Under the pieces are notes generated by a model. The model did no database searches and was not told the origin of the DNA. It saw only the letters and a program-made list of their open reading frames with translations. Shown one piece after another: positions 49,099 through 62,546 of a stretch of DNA of 64,000 bases. Positions within the stretch are counted from its first letter, which is position 1. Each line of letters starts with the position of its first letter. The DNA lies in the NCBI RefSeq assembly GCF_006345805.1, contig NC_043004.1, positions 58,094,001-58,158,000 of the forward strand, written 5' to 3'. A program made the translations under genes and the position numbers. Source of the stretch: Octopus sinensis. Its lineage: Eukaryota.

Positions 49099-52000
49099 CT
49101 ACAGAGTAACAAATATTTTAGAGGAGAAACTATTAAATCAACTTAAATGTAGAACAAAGCATTTTCTTAGAATTAAAACAGGTGATATCAGTCGCATTGC
49201 TGATAGTGGGAAAAGTCTTCGGAAGACAACATTATAATAGAGATTGATCTGATAGTAATTAACCCATAAAAATTCTCTGTTTATTATACATCATCATCAT
49301 CATCATAGTTATCTCGTTAATATTTCTTGTTGGTATGAACTGGAAAAGTTTCACAACCTCACACCTTATGCTATGAGATTTCATGATCCAGCGCACACTA
49401 CAATATAGAAAAACCAGTCAACTATGCTGCTGAGTGTGTCGTTATACTTGCATGGTTTCCTTGGTTTGATGGCCCTCCTTCCACCGGCACTAGATATGTT
49501 ATCCCTGATCATGTGAAAAGTCAACGTTCTCCGTTCGTTCTGTACAATAAGTAAATCAATTATTGATACAGTTATTTATTTGAAAATTAATCTAGTGTAG
49601 AGAGATGCTATGACCTAATTATGAAATATTGACTATCGATGTTACAGTTCTCAGGTAATGTTTTTTTTTATATCTACAAAACTGTAGATCAGTATTAGTA
49701 AATTGTTGACATCTATATAATTCATATCGAGGAGTGGTTGCCAGAGTAATGACTCAACACCATAGCGAATCAGCATTATGTTACAACAAACTAGTAAGTA
49801 GAATATAACATTCTTGTCGACATAGTGTTGAGGTAGCTAAACTGTATTGACACTGAATATTATCTCACAAACAGGAATCAACACTCAGATGCTGGTAGAT
49901 GAGTTCAGCACGTATGTCCGTGTCAACAACGAAATGTTACGGCTATAGTTATCAGTTTATAATAGTTCCAAAATCGATACTACAACAATGCTAAGAACTT
50001 TCACTAGTGTTGACAAGCCAACAAACATTTCGGTGCGGTGATATAGCTAATTATACATATGCATTGCATAATTATGATAGTTCTGATGTATGCGATGTGA
50101 TGTCATGAAGACATAAATAGTTGGCAAAAGACAATTTAAGAAGCAAACATTTTAACAACACTACTTGGCTGGTTAACAGAAGACAACATGAAAGGGAAAA
50201 AATGTGTTGCTTTACAATGCCAAACAGGCGACGATGCAAAGACACGGTAAAGTGGGAAGATGACACGGTGTCAATTAATAGTAGGATCGGACCGTGGATA
50301 ATATCCTGATAATGTTACTATGTCAATACCAACCAACAATTAACACTACAAAGCTACTCGGAAGACATCACCAAAAAAATCAATACGAATAATAATAGTG
50401 TGAAACAAACCACATTACCACAATCGATATCATAAAGTTGCTAAGCAAATTTGATTATTACAATCAATAATATTAAACATAACTGCTCCATGTTAGACAT
50501 ATATCATTTGCTGCAAGCAGAAAACTTGTTTATACAGGAAACACAATTGGAGGCACAGTGATCAAGGCAATTAGGAAGAAACATATGATTTCGACCACAA
50601 TTGCTAAGCACGACTAGATGTGAATTTGTATTCATTTTCAAACAATAGACGATGTATTTAATTCTAAAGGTCTTCGTTAACCTACTTAGAAAATAGGTTG
50701 ATCTTCGATAGAGTAGCGTCCCTGCGTGGAATATTTGTCTCTGGTGTGATTATTGCTAGCACTAATGATCTGTGCCTGATCTGATATGGAGAGTTCACGA
50801 CTTTAACATTAAGTAATGGTGAATGTTGTGTTTGTGTCAGTGTGAGTGTATATCTTTGTGTTTCGGTGGCCAGACTCCTTTTATTTAAGCCAATCGATTT
50901 TACAGTCACCACACTATGGTGGACATAAGAAATGCTATTAAAATTGGTGTCCAGGCTTCCATTAATATATACGTAACAATCTTCTAAATATGTATATATT
51001 AGTAAATCAAAGAAAAATGGGTTGCTTTATAATATCGTGAAGTGTCTTCCGATGAAAGAAAGGCCAGTTGTTAAGCGCTATAAATTACAAGTGTTATGCA
51101 ATACCAAGAGTCTTAATCGATTATAGATCACCGAAAACTGATAGCTGGCTCTGACCAAAATTGTTGTGTGAAGAAAATTAATAGAAAATATTATAGATAG
51201 TGTTTTGTATAGTGTATTAATGCAAGGAGAATACCGAATGTTTAAAAGATATACCACAAAAGGTTAGGCCAACCAACTCGGTAAATTAAAATTTCGTTGG
51301 CACCATTTAGGCATTGTAAGGATGCTATGGCAGTAGATTTGTGAGTTTGCATGCATGTGTGTATCGAAGTTATATGTGTAAATAACTGTGTTGTTTGTTG
51401 TATCCATATTCATGCCAGTTTAAAAGCCAGTGTTCTTTATTTCTTGTATGAATGTACGGATGGGTGTGAATTTTATACTTCAGCTGTCGCCTTGGCTTCG
51501 TCTCCTCAGTCTTGAAAAGAATCAGACAGTATCAATATTGTACTTCGTTCAACAGACAAAATATTGTCACATAGATCGGCTATTCATTTTGACGGCTACA
51601 TAAAAGATCCTGCCCCCTGTTTTAATGATGTATATGCACATTAACAATCTCCCTTCCTATTAGTAGAGAAAATCTTATGGTTAGCAGAGAGAGAGAGAGT
51701 TTCTTGTAATATAGATACAACATCGAATTTTCGAAACCTTTGGTTCCAAAGCCTTCTGGTTTACCTATTTTTCCGCACCAGGGCTAATCACTTATTGATT
51801 AAACAGATTTGAAATTTACTTAAATAATTAAATGAAATACAGGTACCTGTACATTTGTAAAAACCACCCGAGTTTATTAATACTGTACTGTGTAAGATAC
51901 TGTGAAACAGGGCCGCGCAATAAATTACTCTGACGGACACATGAATTTGAAGTCCATGTTCGAAAATGAGTATGTAGAATATAAGAGGCTTCGGACCATT

Positions 52001-52336
52001 GTTATCCGGAAAGTCGGCTTTGTTACTGTATAGTTTTTCCAGTCTTGCACTTCCAACAAGAACATATCTAGCCATGAATCTCCCTGTATAACGTAACGTT
52101 TTGTGAACGTGTGTGTGTGGAAACCGGTATGTCGTCCTTAAGTTATGGCACGAGCCTTCCAGTAAACTCATATTTATGTTAAATCGTTTTTTCTTTATTT
52201 TTATATTTTCATTTGTAATATTTTTAGTTATTTGTGTGTATGTGTTGTCCAGGGAAATGATTTTGCTCGTGAAAGGATATGTCTAGTCGACATTTTATAT
52301 TGAATGTCGACGATAAGGAAAATATTTTCTAAGTAT

Positions 52337-52369
<33 letters not shown>

Positions 52370-52371
<2 letters not shown>

Positions 52372-52814
52372 TTCGACTACCATCCGTGCAACATCTATAT
52401 TTCTCCCTGTGCCTGTCAAATCTTATGTCCCTGCCGTAAGGCTTTACTTCTACACACGCCAGCTTAATTTAATTCGTCCTTAGTCGAAAGACGCCTGTTG
52501 TTATGTCCTGTTATTTGTATTTGTGTCACATTTCTCCGTTTTTTTCCCGTTCTTGTTTCCGTATACATTCGCAGCTTTCTTCCAAGGAATCTAATGCCCT
52601 TAGCTTAGTTTTTTCTTGGGTCTGATCAGATTGGAGCGATCTCGAGTATAACCAGTCGAAATTGCAAAGATAATCTGGAACTCGACTGAGGAAAGAAAAC
52701 TCCGAATGACCCGTCCTTGTTTTCTTTGTATCGTCTGTCTGGATGTTTTGTTGTCCCTTTTTTGCATCACCTAACTGTCTGGATGTTTTGCGTTCTTATC
52801 CCATTTTGTATTTT
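52370..52814 (+). mobile_element. Unclassified repeat 'G', longer copy
   Basis: Shares its 3' ~120 bp with 46209-46329; flanked by (TA)n and (TG)n; internal duplication of gtctggatgttttg. Confidence 0.55.
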
Positions 52815-52831
52815 ATATGTGTGTGTGTGTA

Positions 52832-53248
52832 TCGTAGTTGTGTGGTAAGAACCCAACAATATGATTCCGGGTTCAGTTCCACTGCGAGACACCTTGGGCA
52901 AGTGCCTTCTGCTATTACCTCGGGCCAACCAAAGCCTTGTGAGTGGATTTTGTAGGCGGAAACTGGAAGAAGCCCATCGTATGTGTTTGTGTGTGTGAGT
53001 GTGCGCACGCGCGAGCGTGTGTATTTGTGTGTGTGCGTGTGTTTCTGTGTTTTCCCCCACCATTGCTTGACAACAGATGGTGGTGTGTTTATGTCCCCGT
53101 AACTTACCAGTTCGGCAAAAGTGACCAATAGAATAAGTACAAGGCTTACAAAGAATGTCCTTGGGGCGATTTCTTCCACTAACATCTTTTAAGGCGGTGC
53201 TCCAGTATGGCCGCAGTCAAATGATTGAAACAAGTAAAAGAGTAAAAG

Positions 53249-53250
<2 letters not shown>
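52832..53250 (+). mobile_element. Diverged SINE A
   Basis: ttccgggttcagttccactgcg, ccttgggcaag, TG centre, ggcggtgctccagtatggccgcagtc, gtaaaagagtaaaaga. Confidence 0.8.
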
Positions 53251-53280
<30 letters not shown>

Positions 53281-53352
53281 TATATATATACATATATATA
53301 TAGATATATATAGAGAGATAGATAGATATAGATATAGATATATACATACACA

Positions 53353-54609
53353 CACAGACATGCAGGAAGTAAATAGAAACCTTTAATTTTCAAAATCTTT
53401 TATATAATAGCAAACCGAACAATTGAAATGTAATCGATTGGTAGGACTCCATACTTTAGTATTTAGTTGACATTCCCTTTGCAGATTTTATTTCATAAAC
53501 TCTTTTCGGCATTGAACTGATGAGCTTTGTGATTGTCTCTTGTGGAATTTCTGCCCACTTTTCACGCAACAATCGAAACAATTCATCTTTAGATTTAGGT
53601 TTCTGTCGAGGTTTTCGAATAGTTCTATCTAGTATGCTCCAAAGATTTTCAACTGGATTTATGTCAGGAGATTGGCTCGGCCAAGGATGCTTTTTAATCC
53701 TATTTTCAGTCAGCCATTGTTGATTCCTTTTTGCTGTGTGGCATGGAGCCCCATCTTCCATGAATAAAAACTTATTTTCCGTTATGTTATCGTGTGAATA
53801 CATCGGAAGAAGTCTTTGCTTAAGTATTTCGATGTATTTTTCGGAGTTTATGGTTCCAACACATTCGATCAGCTCAGAATGACCATTGCTGGTGACAGCT
53901 CCCCATACCATTGCAGAGATACCGCCATGTTTTACAGTTGGCTGGAGTCCTTTCAAATCAAATTTTTGCTTGGGAAGCCTCCAGACGCAAACACGTCCAC
54001 TGTCTGAAAATAATACAAAACTGGATTCATCTGAGAAAATCACTCTATCCCAAAATAACTGGATTTTTATGACATCTTTCTTTTCGTGATATTAATTGGT
54101 TGAAGGAGATGTTTTCATCTAGCTGCGCGTCCATAATACCCAAGCTTATGCAGATATGTAACACGTTCTTGGACTAATTTCTAGCTGTTTTGCAATGTCA
54201 GAAGCCTACGAACGGGGTTCGTTTCTACAATTCTCTTCAAGCAGCGAAGCTTCCTTTCCAAGAGCCCAGGTCGGCAGGGTCGAGAATCTGTTGATTCTTT
54301 TCCTTGGCTTTTGAATTGCACTATAATTCTATTAACAGTAGTAAGAGGAATTTGAAGATTTTCGGCTATTTTTCGTTGGTTAAGACCAGCCTCAGATTGC
54401 CCAACAATACGACCTCTTTGAAAATCTGACAGTTCTGCTGAAATTTTTGTGCGTGGCATGGTTACCTTTCGCAAATGTTTAATATAATGGCACATGGAAT
54501 AAAAAAGAATAATTACATTGTAAATTCTACACCGCTGAAAACATATTAATACGCTTATATCAGAAATATTGAAAAGTATAGGTGCCTATTTACTTCCTGC
54601 ACATCTGTG
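53353..54609 (-). mobile_element. Tc1-family transposon, full length (1257 bp), frameshifted
   Basis: 30-bp TIRs cacagacatgcaggaagtaaatagaaacct / aggtgcctatttacttcctgcacatctgtg (26/30); TA at 54610-54611; N-terminal HTH frame 54181-54495. Confidence 0.92.
53456..54043 (-). pseudogene. Tc1 transposase DD34E catalytic domain (open frame, disconnected from the N-terminus)
   Basis: FSDES, MEDGAPCH, SPDINPVENLW with exactly 34 residues between the second D and E; frameshifts and a stop in 54050-54200. Confidence 0.9.
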
Positions 54610-55884
54610 TATATGAATGAGAGAGAGAGAAAGAGAGAGGGAAGTACATGTTAGATCTCTCGTCTCCTTGAGTAATAACTCCTTGTAGCAATAGTTATGA
54701 ATAGTCATCCAACTTTTGCAAAACTCAACAAACTTTGATCCATAGAGGGAGCAAAGTATAGACGTCTTACCAAAGTAAGAAATAAAATAACAATAATAAA
54801 GATTATATCGAGGCCAATAATTTTTGTGAAGAGGGGTTAGTCTATGCCATCATCCCCATCACTTGATGGCACTTTAATTTACCGAACCCTTGTGGATGGA
54901 AAGCAAAATGACGAATTTACGATAATAACAGTTTTTGATTCAAGCACAAGGTCTGCAGTTTTAAGGGACGAGTTAGTCGATTAGATCGACCCCAGGACTA
55001 GAAAGGTGTGTTATTGTATCAATCGGATGTGATGAAAGACAAAGTTGACCTCGATGGGCTTTGAACTTGTAAGTAAAGTGAGATATTTTGTCGGAGACTC
55101 TAACGATTCAGAAAATCCACCGCCCTGCCACTAAGTTAGAGAAACGGAAACTTAAATATATGCCATTTAAAATGAGAATAGTGGAATATTTTACTGAATC
55201 AGGAGGAAGTTGTTAACAGATATATTGCAATATACAAATGGTTATGTTTCTTTTAAAAATCAAAATCCTGTTTCTGTCCACTTTACTATTTATCATATCG
55301 ACATCAACGATATAAGTATATTTGTAAACAAAAATAGATGAATAAATAAATACATAAATAAATAAAATTTTATACAATATCAAGTCGAGAAATAGCCGGA
55401 GTGAAAATCTGATGGAATATGAACTTCGAAAACACACACAAATGCACAAATGAACGTAAACTGAATGACTGATTTGTCTTATACCACTTACTAGCAAATA
55501 CAATTTCATAGCAAGGGAGCTTGCTCGTTCAGTATAGATTATTTGAAAAAACCGACAGAAAGAGTACAGTGAAACTGTCGTGGGAAGTGGAATATCCAAC
55601 GTTTTGGAGAGAGTCCTTTGAAGCAAAGATGACAATAGGGAAATAAAAGAAAGACAGCAGAACTTTACATCCCCTATATTTAAGAAACTGGCTGCAACTG
55701 ATGGGGAACACAAGATAAAGTAAGTTTGTATATGTAGACAAAAAGAAGTTGGAGAGAGAAACTGAGTGAGTGAAGGAAAAGAAAACAGGAAGAGGAAAAG
55801 GCGAAGGCTAGGTGAAAGGAGAAATTTAGGTGAGAGGGAAGTCGAAGGACTTCAATGGGAATATTGAACTAAAAGGTGTTAGAA

Positions 55885-56135
55885 TAGAAGGAAAACGCTC
55901 TTTTAAACCTGTCATTGACACGATCCCGAATTTGTATATGAAACGCATTCGTTGCTCCCTCCGTTTCTTTGAGTGTGTTGATCCATGATGTATGGAGATG
56001 CTGCACAATGATGTATAGGTAATCGGACAGTCTCTTGTGTTAGTATGAATGGTAACAGCCTGACGTGGCACGCGTAGTAGTCTGCTTCGAACATGTTCCC
56101 GAAAACGGGGCGAGAGGCTGTTTTTCCCAAAATGA
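55885..56135 (-). pseudogene. Penelope-like element GIY-YIG endonuclease C-terminal relic
   Basis: ILGKT (frameshift) RFREHVRS...HTN...SLCSISIHHGSTHSKKRREQRMRFIYKFGIVSMTGLKERF resembles PLE GIY-YIG ends (YIGET..RFREHL..HF..LH.G..SRK..EQ.FIF.LGTL.P.GLNERF); 5' side cut by SINE A. Confidence 0.65.
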
Positions 56136-56170
56136 AATGCGTCACAAAGTTTTCAGATGATACAATGTAT

Positions 56171-56389
56171 CTCTTTTACTCTTTTACTTGTTTCAGTCAT
56201 TTGACTGCGGCCATGCTGGAGCACCGCCTTTAGTCGAGCAAATCGGCCCCGGGACTTATTCTTTGTAAGCCGAGTACTTATTCTATCGGTCTCTTTTTGC
56301 CGAACCGCTAAGTGACAGGGACATAAACACACCAGCATCGGTCGTCAAGCAATGCTAGGGGGACAGACACAGACACACAAACATACACG

Positions 56390-56435
<46 letters not shown>

Positions 56436-56599
56436 TACGACGGGCTTCTTTCAGTTTCCGTCTACCAAATCCACTCACAAGGCTTTGGTCGGCCCGAGGC
56501 TATAGTAGAAGACACTTGCCCAAGGTGCCACGCAGTGGGACTGAACCCGGAACCATGTGGTTGGTAGGCAAGCTACTTACCACACAGCCACACCTGCGC
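56171..56599 (-). mobile_element. SINE family A
   Basis: Full reverse-complement copy. Confidence 0.9.
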
Positions 56600-57289
56600 T
56601 GTTGAAAGATGTGCAACAGATGTTTTGGGTAATGTTGAACGGTGACTTAGGTTTGGTAATAGTAGTTTTGTAACGCAAGAACAAGCGATGCATCGGCGGT
56701 GAGTACATTCAAAACTGCTTGATTTTGCACAAATGGGTGCAATAAAACTTCTAGCTAAGCGGCTGCCGAATTTCCTATTTCTTTTCAAGGTGAAGAGAAG
56801 TGGTCTAGGAAAGATCGAAGCGATTGTGGGGGTCAGGAATAGGATTCACAAACTACAGATGAATGTGCATTTCAATGGGAAGATGAACGGGTGGAAAGCG
56901 TGGGACAGTGGAAACTAGGCAATAGATGTGCGTAAAAAAGGGTAGGAGATAATGTATATATTGGATAATGGTTGTATTCAGTATTTCTGCTAATACAAAA
57001 TTTGCCGCATGTCTTTAATTTTTTTTTTTAATTAGGTCAAGAGGATCGAAGTCTTTCTGCGAATGTGACATAGTTAAGAAATCTCCTTTCTCTCTCTCTC
57101 TCCCTCCCTCCATCCCTCTCTTTCTCTCTCTCTCTCTCTCTCTTTCGTTTCCCTTTATCATTTCACTCAAACATCGGTCTAAACTTGCGTATATTCACAA
57201 TAACATAAACGTGCTTCTACATATGACTTACTTAAACACACGCGCGCACAATCGCGCACACACACGGTGCGCGCACCCACTCATCATCG

Positions 57290-57385
57290 TACACACACAC
57301 ACTTACACACATACACACACACACACTTACACACACACGCACACTTACACACACACACTTACACACATACACACACACACACTTA

Positions 57386-57428
<43 letters not shown>

Positions 57429-57652
57429 ACACACACACGCACACTTACACACACACACACACACTTACACACACACACTTACACACATACACACACACAC
57501 ACACACTTACACACATACACACACACACACACTTACACACATACACACACACACTTACACACACACACACACTTACACACACATTACACACACACACACA
57601 CACACTTACACACATACACACACACACACTTACACACTTACACACACACACA
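57290..57652. repeat. Compound (CA)n satellite with recurrent cttacacac(at) interruptions
   Basis: About 360 bp of CA punctuated by ctta at semi-regular intervals. Confidence 0.95.
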
Positions 57653-58197
57653 AAATGATTAAGAATTACTGTCGATTGTTGGATGGAACTAGATGTAATG
57701 AAGAACACACGGCTGCTTAGTCTTTGAAGTTGCTGGGATTTCTCTGTGAGGCTGATCGATAGTATCAGACATCTGTAACTTTACACTGAAACTATCAAAC
57801 CAGCCAGCTATTGCCATTACAGTAGCACATGCGCACACGTTCCTGCTTTGATCTCAGGCTATTTTAAGAAGTATAACGGTGCAAATACTTAAGAAGCTCG
57901 ACTTGGGTATATTACTGATATTCATTGTATCGATTTTAAATAACCCTGGCCAGATTATAGAGAAATAAACAAATAAATAAATAAACAAACAAATAGATAA
58001 ATAAATAGATAAGACAAAAGGATAAGTGAAGTATCAAGTTAATTACGATTAAACATCAGCTACGGTTCAATAGGATCTGCGCTGTGTGTGTTTGTGTGTG
58101 TCTGTGTGTGTGTATGTGTGTGTGTCTGTGTGTCTGTGTGTAAGCGTGTATATATGCATATGTGTGTGTATGTATGTATGCATGCACAGACAGACAT

Positions 58198-58477
<280 letters not shown>

Positions 58478-58504
58478 GTCACACATAGACATTAATTAGC
58501 GAAG

Positions 58505-58630
58505 ACACATGGTCCGGTAGTTTGGGTATTGGATAATTATAAGATTCTGGTTCCAATTCTGGGACCGGGCGATTCTTTTTGTCCTTAAGCGGGGTACTTC
58601 ATTTACATTGCACCAGTCTATTCGGCTGTA
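58505..58630 (+). mobile_element. Degenerate family F-like SINE
   Basis: catggtccggtagtt.., ggttccaattc, gtccttaagcggggtacttcatttacattgcaccagtc. Confidence 0.4.
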
Positions 58631-59011
58631 ATTATTACTAACCAGGAGCTGGTGCAAGGTGTCACATCCTGGACGTTTCACTGGCTTAAGTGTAAGAGGA
58701 CCTACGAAGATAGCTATATCCTATCGCAAGTACATCAGCACCTGAAAGCAAGGAAAGTGTACGTTACTAAGTCATACATGCTGTGAGCGGTAGATGGTTG
58801 GGTGTATATCACCATTATCATCACCACCATCATCATCATCATCATTGTTAAACGTCCGTCTTCCATGCTGTCATATGTTGGACTATGCCGTGTTCCTATG
58901 TTTGCTTTGGTTATTGTTCTATAGCTGGAGCCCTTCCTAACGCCAATTATTTGACAGAGTGAACTGGATGCTTTCCCGTGATACCAACATATATGTGCGC
59001 GTACATGCGCT

Positions 59012-59088
<77 letters not shown>

Positions 59089-59112
59089 ATATTATATATT
59101 ATTATTATTATT

Positions 59113-59151
<39 letters not shown>

Positions 59152-59569
59152 TCAATACCACAGATTTGCTTGTCAGTTGTTTGACCTTAACCAGTTGAGC
59201 ATGTCCCTTAGTGGCTGACAATATGTGCATCTCTGATCACGAGCAGAAGTAGTGGGGAGCATCATAGCCATGTGTTGAGAGGGGTTTTTGGGGGTTTGGA
59301 TAATTCACCTCTGGAAACATCCTTAAACAACCCTTATTCAGGGACCTTTTGAGCGTGATGGATTACTCGACCAGAAGAAAATTCTAACTGGGCCCCACCT
59401 GCAAGGTCATGTGCTGTTTATCTCGATATGAGATCACCATGTCGCGCACATATGGTTATGATGCATGTGCCTAGTGTACCCTTATCAGACGGGTAGTCAT
59501 GATGGGTATACTGGGCTTCGTATATTTTACCCCAGTGTCACTTTGATGGCATGCACTGCTCTCTCACTC
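59152..59569 (+). mobile_element. Element 'D', truncated copy in (AAT)n
   Basis: (AAT)n-tcaataccacag...ctgctctctcactc-(AAT)n; lacks ~120 bp present in the other copy. Confidence 0.75.
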
Positions 59570-60044
59570 AATAATAATAATAATAGAGGGTATGGAGACT
59601 TGTACATCCACAAAAATTTATTTTATACTTATATACAACATACTACAATGACCTACAGGTGTTTCTGCTGCAGCGACCACTCACTGTTGCAAATGCAACC
59701 GAGCATTATTGTCGTTGCAGCTTCATCGGGGTCCGTCCATTAGGTCATCCTTGAAGTGAAATGACTGACAATTTTTACTGTCCAGCGAAGAATTCACGGA
59801 ACGACTAGTAACTAAATATAGTCACAGACGTTAGATACTGATCGTTGTGGTTAGCCGTTAATTGGAACTTAACCGAGAGCTAATATGGTTTCCGCCCGGA
59901 TAATATATCCCTCCAAACTCACTTTCATATATTTCTATATATTTATATAATATCATCCAATACACTTCATACGCTCTATAAAATAATTGGCGTTAAGAAA
60001 GGCCCCAGCTGCAGAAACTATACCAAAGCAAACACAGGAATACG

Positions 60045-60175
60045 ACATAGTCCGCCGGGGTCGACTTTACCTTGCATCCTTTCGAGATCGATAAAATAAA
60101 TACCAGTTGATCACTGGGTTCGATGTAATCGACTTTTCCCCATTCCCGAAACTGCTGACCTTCAGCCAAAGTTTG
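60045..60175 (+). mobile_element. Degenerate 5'-truncated SINE B
   Basis: ccgccggggtcgactttaccttgcatcctttcgagatcgataaaataaataccagttg..gttcgatgtaatcgact. Confidence 0.65.
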
Positions 60176-60252
60176 AAACCGTTATTTCAGCAACATGCTA
60201 AGAACCCAACTTGCTTTTAACTCGATCCACGAAGAAATATACATAAATAACC

Positions 60253-60454
60253 TTTTCTACTCAAGGTACAAGGGCCGAAATTTTGGGGCAGGGGGCCAGT
60301 CGATTAGATCGACTCCAGTACGCAACTGGTACTTAATTTATAGACCCAGAAAGGATAAAAGGCAAAGTCGACCTTGGCGGAATTTGAATTCAGAACGTAA
60401 AGACGGACGAAATACCGCTAAGCATTTCGCCCGTTTCTGTCAATTCGCTGTCTT
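60253..60454 (-). mobile_element. SINE family B, tail type 2
   Basis: Reverse complement similar to 37745-37956. Confidence 0.85.
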
Positions 60455-61593
60455 AACATACAAAAATATCGTCAGGTATTTTGTTATACGATTCTCTGTC
60501 ACTTCTGTCGTGAAGTTACTGTTATGAAAAGAATAATATTAACTGAGCTAACAAACAGTGGCCATGCGACCATTAGACCTGCAAGAAGAAGCAATCAAAT
60601 CTCGCCACATGCCACTCCTTACAATCTTGGAAACGAGATGGACGAATCATTAAAAAAAAAGAAAGAAAAAGGTTGATCATAAATGGAAGGCATTTGATTA
60701 TAGGCATTTGATCACAGCTGACTTGATGGATAAACAACAGCAGCAGCAGCAGCTGCAGCTGCAATAATTATTATTTCCGACTTAAACACAAGTTCATCAA
60801 CACTAGGACAAGTGAAGTGTTTAGTCGATAGCATCGATCCCAGTACTTGACTATTACTTTATTTTATCGACCCAAGAGAACGAAATGTAATTTTGACCTA
60901 AATGAGATTTGGGCTCAGAATGTAACGAGTAGCAAACAAACAAATCCTGCAAAGCAGTTTCTGGATGTCCTAAAGACCATAGGGTCAATCAAGCTACATA
61001 GGGCCAATCAAGGAAACACCATAAAATATTGATGACTCGGACCACTAAAAGCAGGTACTCCCTCCCACACTTCATTTGCCAGGCCTACAGACTCATGCTG
61101 AGAGTTGGACCGAGCATACTACATTCTATATACTATTCTCTGTATTCGTTACTCTCACAACACTATATTTGCTACTCTCGTACACTTTTTAAGGAATTTA
61201 CTGGGGGGCAGCACTTAGCCTCTCGCTTTAACTTCATCCCCCCTCCAAGTGAAACTTGAAGCTGATACGGTTTCGGTCGAAGAAGATGTCTGTCTTCAAA
61301 TTCTTTTAATCTGATCCACAACATAATCTCTTTCGTCATAGTCACCGTCATTGCACAGAATTGCTGAATGAGAATCGTACCGACGCTGGTCGCAGTTGTG
61401 GTGCTGGATGTGATTACGGTCGGCACTTCCTTGATAGTGACAATGTTTGTAAATTGCTGCGGTGCAGCAAACAATCATTGAGTTCGATATGGAGGGAGTC
61501 AGTAAGAGTACCATACAATTCCGGTACCGAATCTGACTTTGATGCCTTTCCAATGACCTTTATCTATTTAGATCCAGTAGCTCATTGAACCTA

Positions 61594-61905
61594 GCATGGC
61601 TCAGTGGTTAGAGCGCCGGGCCCACAATCATGAGGTTGTGAGTTCGATTCCCAGGATTGAGCAAGACACTTTATTTCACATTATTGCTTCAGTTCATTCA
61701 GCTGTAGAAATGAGTTGCGACGTCTCTGGTACCAAGCTGTTTCGGCCCCTATGCCTTTCCCTTGGATAACATCGGTGGCGGGGAAACTGGTATCCTTGGG
61801 TGACTGCTGGTTTCCCATGAACAACTTAACCCGGACTTGTGCCTCGGAGAGTAACTTTGTAGATGCAATCCCATGATCATTCATGACGGAAGGAATTCTT
61901 TACCC
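61594..61905 (+). mobile_element. SINE family F (tRNA head plus CORE/V-like ttgagcaagacacttta segment)
   Basis: A-box tggctcagtggttag 61597-61611; B-box gagttcgattccc 61640-61652; no 3' acceptor stem; 3' segment gtaacttt..gcaatcccatg.tcattcat also at ~14048-14082. Confidence 0.75.
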
Positions 61906-62294
61906 ATGATTGCATTTAACTTTTCTTTGGCAATCTCTAACAAGTACATCTCATTCAATATATAATTTATATGAGCTTTTATGTTTGTCCCTCATTGAAT
62001 AACTGTTTCTCGGCAATTACGATGGCATAATCTTTCGTGATTGACGACCGTGAATCTACTCTGCTGGTGACTTTCCCGTCCAACACTGGATGAGACTAAG
62101 AACGACATGAAAACCAACAATTTAGTTGTCCTTCCATTAAGAAATTAGTGTCGTAGCAAGCTTTCCGAACTACTTAAATCCTTAAAAATCCTTTAAAATG
62201 TTCTAGCCCGAAGGCCGCGGCCATGCTGGGGCACCACCGCTGACTTGTTGAGTAAAGCGCTCATCTTGAACGTTTGAAACAATTTTTTTTTTTT

Positions 62295-62546
62295 TCTTTT
62301 ACTTGTTTCAGTCATTTGATTGCGGCCATGCTGCAGCACCGCCTTTAGTCGAGCAAATCGACCCCGGGACTTATTCTTTTTGTAAGCCCAGTACTTATTC
62401 TATCGGTCTCTTTTTGCCGAACCGCTAAGTGACGGGGACGTAAACACACCCCAGCATCGGTTGTCAAGCAATGCTAGGGGGACAAACACAGACATACAAA
62501 CACACACACGCATATATATATATGTATACATATATACGACGGGCTT
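62295..62546 (-). mobile_element. 5'-truncated SINE A
   Basis: Tail, 3' half and microsatellite; stops at tacgacgggctt. Confidence 0.88.

Noticed and set aside
61594-61660. tRNA gene
   Set aside because: A and B boxes are present, but there is no 3' acceptor stem and it runs into a SINE body. The same applies to the heads at 7481 and in family A.
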